In this document: positions 8,956-18,088 of the stretch, piece by piece
Layout of the letters: the number at the start of each line of letters is the position of its first letter
How positions within the stretch are numbered: position 1 is the first letter of the stretch
Origin: a virus
Taxonomy: Duplodnaviria; Caudoviricetes
Virus record (IMG/VR): IMGVR_UViG_3300045391_004375
Coordinates: 16,816 to 80,815 of that record
Length of the DNA stretch: 64,000 nucleotides
Strand: one strand, 5' to 3'
Program-made: the position numbers and the translations under genes
The notes under the pieces: generated by a model
Seen by the model: only the letters and a program-made list of their open reading frames with translations
Told to the model about the DNA's origin: nothing
Database searches by the model: none

Positions 8956-9192
8956 ATGTCCACCACGAAGCGCACCACGTCCGGACCCATCGGCCCCGAC
9001 GAGACGGTCAAGCTCGACATCAGCATCGAGATCAGCACCCGGGACGTGGCCGACACCGGCCTGACCGTGGCCGCCTGGAACAAGCTCACCGACGCCCGGC
9101 GGATGGCCATCGTGCAGGAGATCTGGGACGGTATGGCCTCGCGGGACGACGGCGGCATCACCGTGGTCACCCCCGGCGCGACGGAGGTGTGA
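8956..9192 (+). CDS. hypothetical protein
   Basis: AAGGAG RBS; tightly packed operon. Confidence 0.65.
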   Translation: MSTTKRTTSGPIGPDETVKLDISIEISTRDVADTGLTVAAWNKLTDARRMAIVQEIWDGMASRDDGGITVVTPGATEV

Positions 9193-9195
9193 ACC

Positions 9196-9546
9196 ATGCC
9201 CAGATTGGTCGACGGCCGTAACGTCTCGGTGGAGATCCACTACTCGGATGACTGGGCCGCCCTGTACGTGGACGGCAAGCTACACAGCGACCCCGGCGAC
9301 TCGTACCGAATTGAAGAAGAGGCGTTTGCGCTGCTCGGCGTGCGACAGGTGATGGATGACGCGTTCATGCGCGGCCAGAAGGCCCGGGACGGGGTGGCCC
9401 GCACCCTCTGGGAGGTGACCGAGTTCGCCTCCCAGAGGGACGCCGACCGGGCCGAGGCCGTGCGGAAGCGCGAGCTGGCCGGCAAGCTGCTCGCCGAGGC
9501 CGATGAGCTGGAGCGCGCCGCCGGCAGCGGGAGGACTGAGCCGTGA
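9196..9546 (+). CDS. hypothetical protein
   Basis: GGAGG RBS; operon packing. Confidence 0.65.
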   Translation: MPRLVDGRNVSVEIHYSDDWAALYVDGKLHSDPGDSYRIEEEAFALLGVRQVMDDAFMRGQKARDGVARTLWEVTEFASQRDADRAEAVRKRELAGKLLAEADELERAAGSGRTEP

Positions 9547-9827
9547 CGTTCACCCAGGTAGCCAACATGACCAGCGCGGAGCGGCTGAACCTGGCCGCCC
9601 AGCACATCGAGCGTGCCCGTGCCTCATGGGCCCACAACTCGCCCACCCTCGCGGCCACCCTGGCCGCCGGCCACTCGACCATGGCTCAGGCGGTCCTCGC
9701 GTACGACCTGGCCACTCGGGCGATGGCCCAGGACCCGCCCGCCCGGTGCGGGCGGTGCGGCCGGTACGAGTTCGAGCACAAGACGTTCGCCCACCACTTC
9801 GAGCCACCGAAGGAAGACCATGGCTGA
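9543..9827 (+). CDS. hypothetical protein with CxxC..H..H motif
   Basis: Overlapping start/stop. Confidence 0.6.
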   Translation: MTFTQVANMTSAERLNLAAQHIERARASWAHNSPTLAATLAAGHSTMAQAVLAYDLATRAMAQDPPARCGRCGRYEFEHKTFAHHFEPPKEDHG

Positions 9828-10599
9828 CCGGTACTTCATCGCCCTCGGCGCGCACGGCCCCGAACGGGAAGTCACCCGGGCCGAGTTCATCGCCGCCGAG
9901 CAGGCCGCCGGATTCCGCAGCAAGTCCGGCCCCGACACCGTGGCCACCGGCGGATTCAGCGACGGCCGCATGCGGGGCCGGGTCGTGAGCGTCCCCGACG
10001 ACGGCAAGCCGGCGGACCCGCCGCCCGCCGGCTTGTCGTCCACCGACCTGCTGACCTTGGTCCGGGAGTACGCGGGCGCGTTGTACGCCCTCGGCCGGTC
10101 CGGGGTGCGCATTCAGGAAGTGGTCCGGCAGACCGGGGTCATGTTCGACATGATCAAGGCCCGGTACGCGGCGGCCGAGCAGGCCGCCGCCGACCCGGAC
10201 CTGACCACCGGGACCGTGCTGTCCGCCCTGGACGGCCAGTGGTCGCCGCCGGACCGTCCGGCCGACCGGCCAGCGAGCGGGTACCCGAGCGAGCAGCCCG
10301 CCCCGATCGCCGAACCGTTCCACGGTCAAGGCGACCCGGGCTGGCGCCCCGGCCCCCACTCCCCGACCGACGGCGTCCAGTACATCGCCCAGCAGCTCGT
10401 CGCGCTCGGCTGGGCCGAACACGGCGCCCAACAGTGGGCCGAGGAGCTGCTGTGCCGGTACCCGCACCTCTGCCACGACGACTACCTGGCCGTCGCCGAG
10501 GTGGCCGACATGCTGCACGTCACCGTGGACGACCCGCACGACTGGGACAGCCACGGGGCCGTGCTGAACGTCCTGGAATGGCGCTGGCGGACCCGGTGA
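9820..10599 (+). CDS. hypothetical protein
   Basis: AAGGA RBS; GC3-biased ORF. Confidence 0.65.
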   Translation: MADRYFIALGAHGPEREVTRAEFIAAEQAAGFRSKSGPDTVATGGFSDGRMRGRVVSVPDDGKPADPPPAGLSSTDLLTLVREYAGALYALGRSGVRIQEVVRQTGVMFDMIKARYAAAEQAAADPDLTTGTVLSALDGQWSPPDRPADRPASGYPSEQPAPIAEPFHGQGDPGWRPGPHSPTDGVQYIAQQLVALGWAEHGAQQWAEELLCRYPHLCHDDYLAVAEVADMLHVTVDDPHDWDSHGAVLNVLEWRWRTR

Positions 10600-10721
10600 G
10601 CTTCAACCCGCAACGTGCCCGCAACCGGGGTCAGGCCACCCTGGTCTGGTACGTCATCGCCGCCCTGCTGATCATCTTCGTCATCTGCCCGATCCTCGGG
10701 TGTCTCGGTATCGGAAGGTAA
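10596..10721 (+). CDS. small membrane protein
   Basis: GTGA overlap; one TM helix. Confidence 0.55.
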   Translation: MSFNPQRARNRGQATLVWYVIAALLIIFVICPILGCLGIGR

Positions 10722-10729
10722 CCATCACC

Positions 10730-11197
10730 ATGTACGACGAACACGGCGAACCCAGCGAAACGCTCATCCAGGCCTGGAACGAACACAACGACCACGCCGA
10801 CGACAACGAAGGCGACGACGAGATCGACGGGCGCGACACCTCCGACGAGCCGGAACCGCCGGACGCGCCCTCATTCTGGGATGCCGGGGAAGCCAACGCC
10901 TGGCGGGCCGGCTGGCTGACCGGCTGGCGGGTCCACCGCGACACCCCGGCCGTGCAGCCGGAGCCCGAGCCGGAGGTGTACGAGTTCGAGCTGCTCGGCC
11001 CCGACCTGGCCCGCGCCCAGAGCGTGACCGCCGAGCGCTACCAGTACCAACTCTTCAGCGGCCGGTACCACTTCCTGATCGGTGACCGGATCGTCTTCGA
11101 ATGCCCCGGCAGCGCCATCACATCCATCCGGAACATCACCCTGAACAGGCGGGCCATCGCGCGGCTACGCCACCAGAACGCCACCGAGCTGCTATGA
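10730..11197 (+). CDS. acidic hypothetical protein
   Basis: GC3-biased ORF. Confidence 0.6.
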   Translation: MYDEHGEPSETLIQAWNEHNDHADDNEGDDEIDGRDTSDEPEPPDAPSFWDAGEANAWRAGWLTGWRVHRDTPAVQPEPEPEVYEFELLGPDLARAQSVTAERYQYQLFSGRYHFLIGDRIVFECPGSAITSIRNITLNRRAIARLRHQNATELL

Positions 11198-11248
11198 CCC
11201 CGAACCGGCCCGCCTGAACCAGCCGACTGCACCGACCGAACCCAAGCA

Positions 11249-11318
11249 GAAGGGCCCCGGACCACTTCTCCCTCAAGGCCGCCACCACACGGCACAGGGA
11301 GCAGATCCGGGGCCCTTC
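11249..11318. other. extended hairpin in a ~440-nt intergenic gap
   Basis: 13-bp arms GAAGGGCCCCGGA/TCCGGGGCCCTTC plus inner CTCCCT/AGGGAG. Confidence 0.5.
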
Positions 11319-11641
11319 GCCGTCCGCCGGCATGCCCACCGAAGTGGTGCGCCTCGCGGGCCCTTTGCGGTCGAGCGTAACAGCTTCCCCCGCCCCGCAG
11401 CGAGTGTCCGACCATTTCCTGCGGGCGCCCCTACGGGCATCTCAGCCGCACCACCCGTCACACCAGCCCAACAGGTAGATGACTGTGGATGTACGGCGCG
11501 GAAACTGTGCGTGGATGGATTCTTGCGCCGTGATCGGCCCAGGGTCTATGCTCACGATCTCCCCGGTGTGTGGTGCGCAATCCGCCGACGCTACCCACCG
11601 ATCCTGGCGTGGAAACATCCTGAACGGAGTGTGCGCTGACC

Positions 11642-11923
11642 ATGCCCACCATTACCCCGCTGCTACCGCCCCGGGCCCCCCAGTTCTCCGGCGCCCGGCT
11701 GCGGGCCGCCCGCCGGGCAGCCGGCCTGAGCGCCATCGGCCTGGCCGGGAAAATCGGCCGGGACGTGTCCACCATCGTGCGCTACGAGCGGGGCCGGTGC
11801 AGCCCGTCCGCCGACGTCCTCGGCGCCCTGTCGGTGGTGCTCGACGTGGCCATCGACGCCCTGTACGAGCGGCCGGCCGAGCGGTCCGGCGGCCGACTGG
11901 TCGACCACCCGCAGGGGCGGTAA
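11642..11923 (+). CDS. XRE-family HTH regulator
   Basis: RLRAARRAAGLS..LAGKIG..STIVRYERG..PS. Confidence 0.9.
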   Translation: MPTITPLLPPRAPQFSGARLRAARRAAGLSAIGLAGKIGRDVSTIVRYERGRCSPSADVLGALSVVLDVAIDALYERPAERSGGRLVDHPQGR

Positions 11924-12028
11924 CGCCCCCCACGGACCCCACTCGGCCCGGTCCGGCCGCCGCCCGTCTCGCCTCCCCAGCCTGACGGGCGGCACCCCAC
12001 AACGCTTCTTGCGACGGGAGCAGCATAG

Positions 12029-13033
12029 ATGAACGAGCACAACCCCGCATCGGATCTTGCGCAGGAGCTGCGCTCGGCCGCGCTCGCCTACGCGATCATC
12101 GGCTGGCCGGTGTTCCCGCTCGTGCCCGGCGGCAAGGTGCCGCTGTACCACAGCCCGCACCGGGCCGGCAGTGCCGCGCGGGCCGCCTGCGGCGGCCGGT
12201 GGTCCGCCGCCGGCTGCGGGCGGGACGGCCACGGCGTCCTCGACGCCAGCCTGGACCCCGACGTGATCAACACCTGGTGGGATCGGGCCCCCCACGCCAA
12301 CATCGGTGTCGCCTGCGGGTTGACCACGGTGTCCGTGCCCGGCCTGGACCCGATCCGGGAAGGCCCCGACGTGGTGGACATCGACGTCAAACATGGGGCG
12401 CCCGGCCTGGCGTCTCTCGAACGGCTGCACCAGCTCGGCCTGGTGCGGGAGCCTATAGCCCTGGCCCGGACCGGGTCCGGCGGCTGGCACCTGTTCTTCG
12501 ACGGCTCCCGGCAGGGCAACGGCTCGATCCGGGGCAAGGGGGTCGACTTCCGTTCGGCCGGCGGGTACGTGGTGGCCGCCCCGTCGGTGGTCACCCTCGA
12601 AGAGGCCGCCATCGAACCGACCGGCGGGCATGTCAGCTTCGGGTACCGGCAGGCCGCCTACCGCTGGGAGCGGTGGAACCTCAGCCGGTCCAGCAGTGTG
12701 TCCTGGTCGGCGATCAAAGACGCCCTGGCCGACCCGCGACCGTACCGGCCGCCCCGCTTCGACGCCGACCTGGGCGGACCGACGGATCTTGCGCACCTGC
12801 CGTTGTGGCTGCAAACCCAGGCCGTGGGCAACCGCAACAACGCCTTGCACTGGGCGTGGTGCGCCGCCCTGGAGGGGGGTGCTTCCCGGGAGCTGCTTGA
12901 CACCCTGGAGTCGACGGCCTACCTGATCGGGCTGTCCGCCAGCGAGGTGCGTAAGACGGTCGACTCGGCCACCCGTCGGGTGCTGAGCCTCGGCACCGCA
13001 GGCCGCCGGCAGGGCCAGCGGGGGGCCCGGTGA
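12029..13033 (+). CDS. bifunctional DNA primase/polymerase
   Basis: GWPVFPLVPGGKVP, ANIGVACG, VVDIDVK, RTGSGGWHLFF and YVVAAPS motifs. Confidence 0.9.
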   Translation: MNEHNPASDLAQELRSAALAYAIIGWPVFPLVPGGKVPLYHSPHRAGSAARAACGGRWSAAGCGRDGHGVLDASLDPDVINTWWDRAPHANIGVACGLTTVSVPGLDPIREGPDVVDIDVKHGAPGLASLERLHQLGLVREPIALARTGSGGWHLFFDGSRQGNGSIRGKGVDFRSAGGYVVAAPSVVTLEEAAIEPTGGHVSFGYRQAAYRWERWNLSRSSSVSWSAIKDALADPRPYRPPRFDADLGGPTDLAHLPLWLQTQAVGNRNNALHWAWCAALEGGASRELLDTLESTAYLIGLSASEVRKTVDSATRRVLSLGTAGRRQGQRGAR

Positions 13034-14343
13034 CCGGACCGGCGGGTGACGACGAGCTGGGCTGGAACAACCCGGAGCCGTTCGATGTGGCCAGCCTGCT
13101 GGACCAGCCACCCAGCGATGGGGAAGCCCAGGCGGCCCAGGCGGCCAGCGACGCCGACCAGGTGGCGGCCCGGCGGATCCTCACCGAACAGGCCATGTAC
13201 GAGCAGGAGCGGGCGCGGCGGCGGGCGCGGCGGCGCCTCGATGTGGAGGAGCTGGCCGACCAGGTGGCAGCCCGTCGGCTGCGCATCGTGGACGGCTGGG
13301 CGTTCCTGGCCGAAGAGGAAGAGGAGAAGCTGGCCATCTGGGGGGACGGGGACCGGTGGGCGTGGGCGCCCGGGGAGCCGCTGATGCTGTTCGGCGGTAA
13401 CGGCGTGTTCAAGTCGACCCTGTCGCATCTGCTGGTGTTCGCCCGGCTGGGCCTGCTCGGGGTGGATGGCGCGCCACGTACTGACCACGGGGTGGTGTCG
13501 CCGGACGCGCCGGTGGAGTTGTGGGCGCGGGTGTTGGACATGCCGGTGCAGCCGGTCACCGGGAAGGTGCTGTACCTGGCCGGGGACCGGCCGAAGCAGA
13601 TCAAGCGGGCGATGCGCCGGTTGCGTCGCAACTGGATGCAGGAAATCTTGCATGACCGCCTGGTGGTGCACGAGGGGCCGCTGCCGTTCGAGATCACCGA
13701 CAGCAAGGACGCCCTGGCCGACCTGGCCGAGCGGTACGGCGCGACCGACGTGTTCGTGGACAGCATCAAGGACTACTGCTCGAAGCCGTCGGACGAGGAA
13801 GTCGCCAACGGGTACAACCGGGCCAGGCAGGAGTGTGTGGCCCGGGGCATGCAGTGGGTGGAAGACCACCACAACCGCAAGCAGCAACAGGGCCAGGGCC
13901 GCACCAACACGATCGAAGACGTGTACGGCAACCGCTGGCTGACCGCCGGGGCCGGCTCGATCCTGTCGCTGTGGGTGGAGAACGACGGCACACCGGTGGT
14001 CGACGTGAAGCAGATCAAAAGCCCCGGCGAGCTGATCCCGCACCTGAAAGTGACGGTGGATCGGCGCACCGGCCTGATGTCGGGCGGGTCGAGGATGCCG
14101 TCGGACCCGACAGCGTTCATCCGGGGTGCCGGGCCGCGCGGCGTGACGGTCGCCGAGTACGCCTCCTTCACCGGACAGACTGACAATTCCGCACGGAACG
14201 TACTGAACGGGCGAGTCAAGGCAAAGACGCTGGAAGTTGCCCCAGATGCTGGCGACGGCCTCAAGCGGTTCCGGACAGTTCTGGGCGTAGTGCCCGAGAA
14301 ACCACAAAACGTGTGGCAACAGGATGGGCTAGGAGATTTCTAG
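13030..14343 (+). CDS. AAA/RepA-like replicative helicase
   Basis: Walker A GGNGVFKS, Walker B VFVDS, motif HHNRK; coupled to the primase. Confidence 0.85.
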   Translation: MTGPAGDDELGWNNPEPFDVASLLDQPPSDGEAQAAQAASDADQVAARRILTEQAMYEQERARRRARRRLDVEELADQVAARRLRIVDGWAFLAEEEEEKLAIWGDGDRWAWAPGEPLMLFGGNGVFKSTLSHLLVFARLGLLGVDGAPRTDHGVVSPDAPVELWARVLDMPVQPVTGKVLYLAGDRPKQIKRAMRRLRRNWMQEILHDRLVVHEGPLPFEITDSKDALADLAERYGATDVFVDSIKDYCSKPSDEEVANGYNRARQECVARGMQWVEDHHNRKQQQGQGRTNTIEDVYGNRWLTAGAGSILSLWVENDGTPVVDVKQIKSPGELIPHLKVTVDRRTGLMSGGSRMPSDPTAFIRGAGPRGVTVAEYASFTGQTDNSARNVLNGRVKAKTLEVAPDAGDGLKRFRTVLGVVPEKPQNVWQQDGLGDF

Positions 14344-14445
14344 ACCTTTACCGGCATGAACGGCGTTAGTTTCGCTGACCAGGGAGTTTGTGGATGTGTA
14401 GCGTGCCTACCGGCTCACACTTTGTTGCACACGCAACTACATGTG

Positions 14446-14589
14446 CAAGATCACACACTGATCACACGGATCTTGCTAAAACCGCTGACCAACACATGTC
14501 ACACACACGTCACACACCCCCCACACGCACACTCACACGTGGGGGGGGGTCTTTAATACCCCCCACGCGTGTGCCGGTGTGTGATCTTG
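14446..14589. other. candidate replication origin (nested inverted repeats)
   Basis: 13-bp IR CAAGATCACACAC/GTGTGTGATCTTG enclosing a CA-rich tract and CGTGGGGGG/CCCCCCACG around an AT-rich loop; directly after the helicase. Confidence 0.4.
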
Positions 14590-14600
14590 GATAGGAGAAG

Positions 14601-14984
14601 ATGTTGACTGAGCAACAAAAATTGTCACCCGACCTGGCGGCTCGGGTGTTCGACGCTTCCAAGCCGCTGATCTTCGTGGGGCACGACGGCCCACTAGGTG
14701 ATCTTTACCGGCGGGACAAGATCCTTTTTTCGCTGCCCAGCCTGTACGACTCGATGCCCCGGCGCCTGCTCGCCGCCCTGCGGGCCCGACGCAAGACCAA
14801 CACCACCGGGCGGTGCCCCATGTGCGACGCCTGCGTCGACATCCATCAACCCGGCCACATCGCTCACGAGACCTTCTGCGAAGCTACCGACGAGCCGGTC
14901 AAAAACATGCTTCTCAACTGGTACCGCACAAATCACCGTAATTTGGGGCGTCGATTGATGGAAGATCCAACCAGGCCGAGTTAG
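14601..14984 (+). CDS. hypothetical protein with CxxC..H..C motif
   Basis: AGGAG RBS. Confidence 0.55.
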   Translation: MLTEQQKLSPDLAARVFDASKPLIFVGHDGPLGDLYRRDKILFSLPSLYDSMPRRLLAALRARRKTNTTGRCPMCDACVDIHQPGHIAHETFCEATDEPVKNMLLNWYRTNHRNLGRRLMEDPTRPS

Positions 14985-15027
14985 TTTCATGGCTTTACTT
15001 ACTTAGTTAGTTTCATGGCTTTACTTA
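14979..15027. repeat. perfect AT-rich 23-bp direct repeat (two copies)
   Basis: AGTTAGTTTCATGGCTTTACTTA at 14979 and 15005. Confidence 0.9.
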
Positions 15028-15087
15028 ATTGACGGTCGCGTGCGTGCTACCGTGTCACCCGAATCGCGTAGGCTCGACCACCACCGA

Positions 15088-16026
15088 ATGGAGCGCACCG
15101 TGACCCGACCCGACGGCGAGCCCGACTCGCCCGACACCGAAGACGCCGACGGCACCGACGACCACCCGGCCGAAGAGACCATCGAATTCACCCCCGACCA
15201 GTCCCGGCACGTCGCCCGCGCCATCGCCGTCAGCGCGCTGATCGTCCTGCTGTACGGCTGCGCCAACTTCACAGCCGGCATCGCCACCACCATCGTCGAC
15301 CCCTACGCCCGTGGGGCGTGGTCAGCGCTGGTGCTGCTCGCCGCCGCCGTCCTCGGCCTGATCAACCTGTGGGTGGTGCTGCGGATTGCCCGCGCCATCG
15401 TCCGGCGCGGCGGGACAGCCGTCGCCGCCGACATCGGCCTGTACTACGTCCAGCAGCGGCGGGAACTGCACCGCCTCCGTGGTCAGCTCCTCGCGGAGCA
15501 GGCCGCCCGCCGCGCCGATCAGCACAACTTCCAGACGTGGCGCGCCGACGCGGCCAAGCGGGACAGCTGGGTGGCCGAGTGGGACCGGCAGGGCAACGTG
15601 ACGTACCTCGGTCCGGTCCAAAAACCCGCTGAGAGCCCCCAGGAGCGTTTCGGGGGTACTGCACCCCCCGGGGAGGCCGGTTCGGCCGCCAGCGACGCGC
15701 ACAGCGGGCGCGCGGGGCATCCTGAAGGCGACCCCACCCCCACCTTCGACCCGGACAGCCCCCCCGATCCGCCGTCGCACCACCGCACCGACGACGGCCC
15801 CAACGCCTGGACCGAAGGCTGGACGGCCGGTGCCCGCGCCGCCCTGCACCACCAGCAGGGCCGGGAAGTGGCCGCCCTCCGCGACCGGGCCGACGCCAAC
15901 GCGCAGGCGATGGCCCAGCTCAACCAGGACATCGAGCGGGCCATCACCGACCCCGACACGCGGGTCAAGCGGGGCCGGCCCACCCGGCACGACCGTCTCG
16001 AAGACTGGCAGCGGGGCCAACTGTGA
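15088..16026 (+). CDS. membrane protein (2 TM plus low-complexity/coiled tail)
   Basis: Two hydrophobic helices; GC3-biased ORF. Confidence 0.65.
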   Translation: MERTVTRPDGEPDSPDTEDADGTDDHPAEETIEFTPDQSRHVARAIAVSALIVLLYGCANFTAGIATTIVDPYARGAWSALVLLAAAVLGLINLWVVLRIARAIVRRGGTAVAADIGLYYVQQRRELHRLRGQLLAEQAARRADQHNFQTWRADAAKRDSWVAEWDRQGNVTYLGPVQKPAESPQERFGGTAPPGEAGSAASDAHSGRAGHPEGDPTPTFDPDSPPDPPSHHRTDDGPNAWTEGWTAGARAALHHQQGREVAALRDRADANAQAMAQLNQDIERAITDPDTRVKRGRPTRHDRLEDWQRGQL

Positions 16027-16292
16027 CCACCAACCTGTGGTGGCGGCCCAGCGTCCCGCCGCCACCCGCCCACACCTTCGACATGATCTTGCGACGCATC
16101 GTGGAGCAGCACTACCTTCACGGCACCCTCCACGTCGGCGTGGAGCTGGAGTTGGGCAAAGAGGACATCCCCTTCTTCGAGGGGGTTCAAGCCGGTGCCA
16201 GGCAGAATCCAACCCTGGCCCAGGCCGCCCACGAGGTGGTCACCGCCATCCGCGAACACGGTTCGATCATCGTCTGGACGGGGACCACCTGA
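16023..16292 (+). CDS. hypothetical protein
   Basis: GTGA overlap at both ends of the operon neighbours. Confidence 0.6.
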   Translation: MTTNLWWRPSVPPPPAHTFDMILRRIVEQHYLHGTLHVGVELELGKEDIPFFEGVQAGARQNPTLAQAAHEVVTAIREHGSIIVWTGTT

Positions 16293-16708
16293 TGGCCCTC
16301 GCCACCCTGCGCGCCACCGTGCGCACCACCGCCACCCTCACGGTCGTCGCCGCCGCAGCCGTCGGCGCCCTCTGGGCCGTCGGCCAGTACAGCGACCGCG
16401 ACCAGGTGTACCTCTCCGCCGACTGGGCCACCGACCAGCCCAACCCCGACAAAGCGCGCGGCAACAAAGCCTTCATCGTCTGGTCCGAAGGCGGCAAAAC
16501 CCACCCCGACGTCGGAGCCGGCGGCCACTGGTCCCGCACCGTCTACGGGCGCGGCAAAGTCAACACCATGAGCGTCCAGGTCACCACCTGGGGCGACGTG
16601 AAAACGACCTGCTCGATCAGCGGCCCCTACGACCCGCCGGTCCAACACACGGGCGCCGGATACGCCAACTGCTCGACCACCATCCACCTGCCGAAATGGA
16701 AACCCTGA
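16292..16708 (+). CDS. membrane-anchored MmpS-like protein
   Basis: TM helix then beta-rich domain with TCSI..ANC. Confidence 0.5.
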   Translation: MALATLRATVRTTATLTVVAAAAVGALWAVGQYSDRDQVYLSADWATDQPNPDKARGNKAFIVWSEGGKTHPDVGAGGHWSRTVYGRGKVNTMSVQVTTWGDVKTTCSISGPYDPPVQHTGAGYANCSTTIHLPKWKP

Positions 16709-16710
16709 CC

Positions 16711-16890
16711 ATGATCGTCAAGATGATCATGTTCGGCGCCGTGCTCGCCTGCGGCGTCTTCGGTGGCATCACCGTGCACGCCATCCAGGTCGACGAATGG
16801 GGCGTGGCGGTGTGGTCAGCCCCGACCGCACTGTTCGCCGGACTCACCGCGTGGGCCTGCCGGCCCCGACGCAACGGAGGTAGTCGATGA
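16711..16890 (+). CDS. small 2-TM protein
   Basis: Hydrophobic ORF in a tight operon. Confidence 0.55.
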   Translation: MIVKMIMFGAVLACGVFGGITVHAIQVDEWGVAVWSAPTALFAGLTAWACRPRRNGGSR

Positions 16891-17042
16891 AGACCTTCGC
16901 TACCCTGCTGTGGGCCGGGGCCGGCGGCCTCGGCGCGGTCGCCCTGTTCGCGATGCTGCTCGGCGCCTGGGGTACCGCCGCCGTCGCCCTGCTGGGCACG
17001 GTCGCGGTGGCCAGCCTCGCCAACCACGTGGGCCGCTCGTGA
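16887..17042 (+). CDS. small 2-TM protein
   Basis: GGAGG RBS; ATGA overlap. Confidence 0.6.
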   Translation: MKTFATLLWAGAGGLGAVALFAMLLGAWGTAAVALLGTVAVASLANHVGRS

Positions 17043-17197
17043 GCGCCAACCTGCTCGGCCTCGTCGGGGTCGCGCTGGTCGCGCTCGCCGTGCTGGCCCT
17101 CGCGCTCGACCGGGGCGACGTGGCCCTGGTGCTCGGCCCCGGTGGCCTGTTCGCGATAGCCGTCTCCTACAAGGTCAACCGCAACCGCCACCAATAA
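17039..17197 (+). CDS. small 2-TM protein
   Basis: GTGA overlap. Confidence 0.55.
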   Translation: MSANLLGLVGVALVALAVLALALDRGDVALVLGPGGLFAIAVSYKVNRNRHQ

Positions 17198-17364
17198 GGC
17201 CGACAGGCAAGTTGCCATTCGGCTGGCATCCGGATGGCTAAAATGATGACTTACGTCACACCTGAACGGGTGAACCGTTCCGACAACTTGATTGGCGTCG
17301 GTAGCTGTCCGGCCGGTACGATGCCTGCCGTACGCTCCACCACCACACACCGTAAGGAGCAGTT

Positions 17365-17514
17365 GTGATCAAGTTCGTGCTCATCGTGATCGCGTTCGTG
17401 GCCCTCGTCGTCGCCGCCGGCCGGCTCGCCACCGGGGACGTCACCACTGCCGAAATCGTCGGCGGCGTCGGCATCGTGGCCGGCATCGGCTCGTTCTTCG
17501 CCGGCCGGAAGTGA
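17365..17514 (+). CDS. small 2-TM protein
   Basis: AAGGAG RBS; MIKFVLIVIAFVALVVAAG.. Confidence 0.6.
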   Translation: MIKFVLIVIAFVALVVAAGRLATGDVTTAEIVGGVGIVAGIGSFFAGRK

Positions 17515-17516
17515 CC

Positions 17517-17678
17517 ATGAAGAACGCGTTTGGCCTGTTCTCCCTGGCCGTGGCGTTGGTCGGGGTGCTCCTGCTGACCCAGACCGACCACTTCATGCTG
17601 GGCCTGGTGCTCGCCGCCATCGGGGCGGTCCTGGCCATCATCTACGGCATGATCACTACCAACACCCACGGCGAGTAG
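17517..17678 (+). CDS. small 2-TM protein
   Basis: MKNAFGLFSLAVALVGVLLL.. Confidence 0.6.
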   Translation: MKNAFGLFSLAVALVGVLLLTQTDHFMLGLVLAAIGAVLAIIYGMITTNTHGE

Positions 17679-17680
17679 CC

Positions 17681-17866
17681 ATGGACATCCACGACAGCCT
17701 CACCTACGCCACGCTGATGTTCGCGCTGGTGGTGGGGGTCATCTCCGGCATCGCGGGCGGGTTCCTGGTGCACAGCATGGGCATCCGGGGCCGGTGGGCA
17801 GTGCTGTGCGGCCTGTTGTGCGCAGGGACGGGCGCCCTGCTGGTGATCTACCTGTTCACGGCCTGA
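17681..17866 (+). CDS. small 2-TM protein
   Basis: Hydrophobic ORF. Confidence 0.6.
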   Translation: MDIHDSLTYATLMFALVVGVISGIAGGFLVHSMGIRGRWAVLCGLLCAGTGALLVIYLFTA

Positions 17867-17881
17867 CGAGGAGAAACGATC

Positions 17882-18067
17882 ATGCCCGATGAGGGGCCCC
17901 ACCCGCTGGCCGGGATGAAGGTCACTGCCGCCCTACTGAGGGATGCCGGCTGGCCGGAGCCGGTGCGTGCCGGAGACCCGGTACCTCCGGGCGTATCGGA
18001 GTTCCTGCGGCGTCGGTACGACGAGGGTTGGCGGCCGGAGTCCAGCACGCCAGACACACTGCGGTAG
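17882..18067 (+). CDS. hypothetical protein
   Basis: GAGGAG RBS. Confidence 0.5.
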   Translation: MPDEGPHPLAGMKVTAALLRDAGWPEPVRAGDPVPPGVSEFLRRRYDEGWRPESSTPDTLR

Positions 18068-18088
18068 TTCTGTGGCGCATGGTGTAGG

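Noticed and set aside
14344-14556. Amber readthrough of the helicase into ORF 14356-14556
   Set aside because: The downstream ORF has non-coding composition and overlaps the repeat-rich putative origin.
17200-17218. Additional operator-like site (CCGACAGGCAAGTTGCCAT)
   Set aside because: Too many mismatches to the consensus to support.
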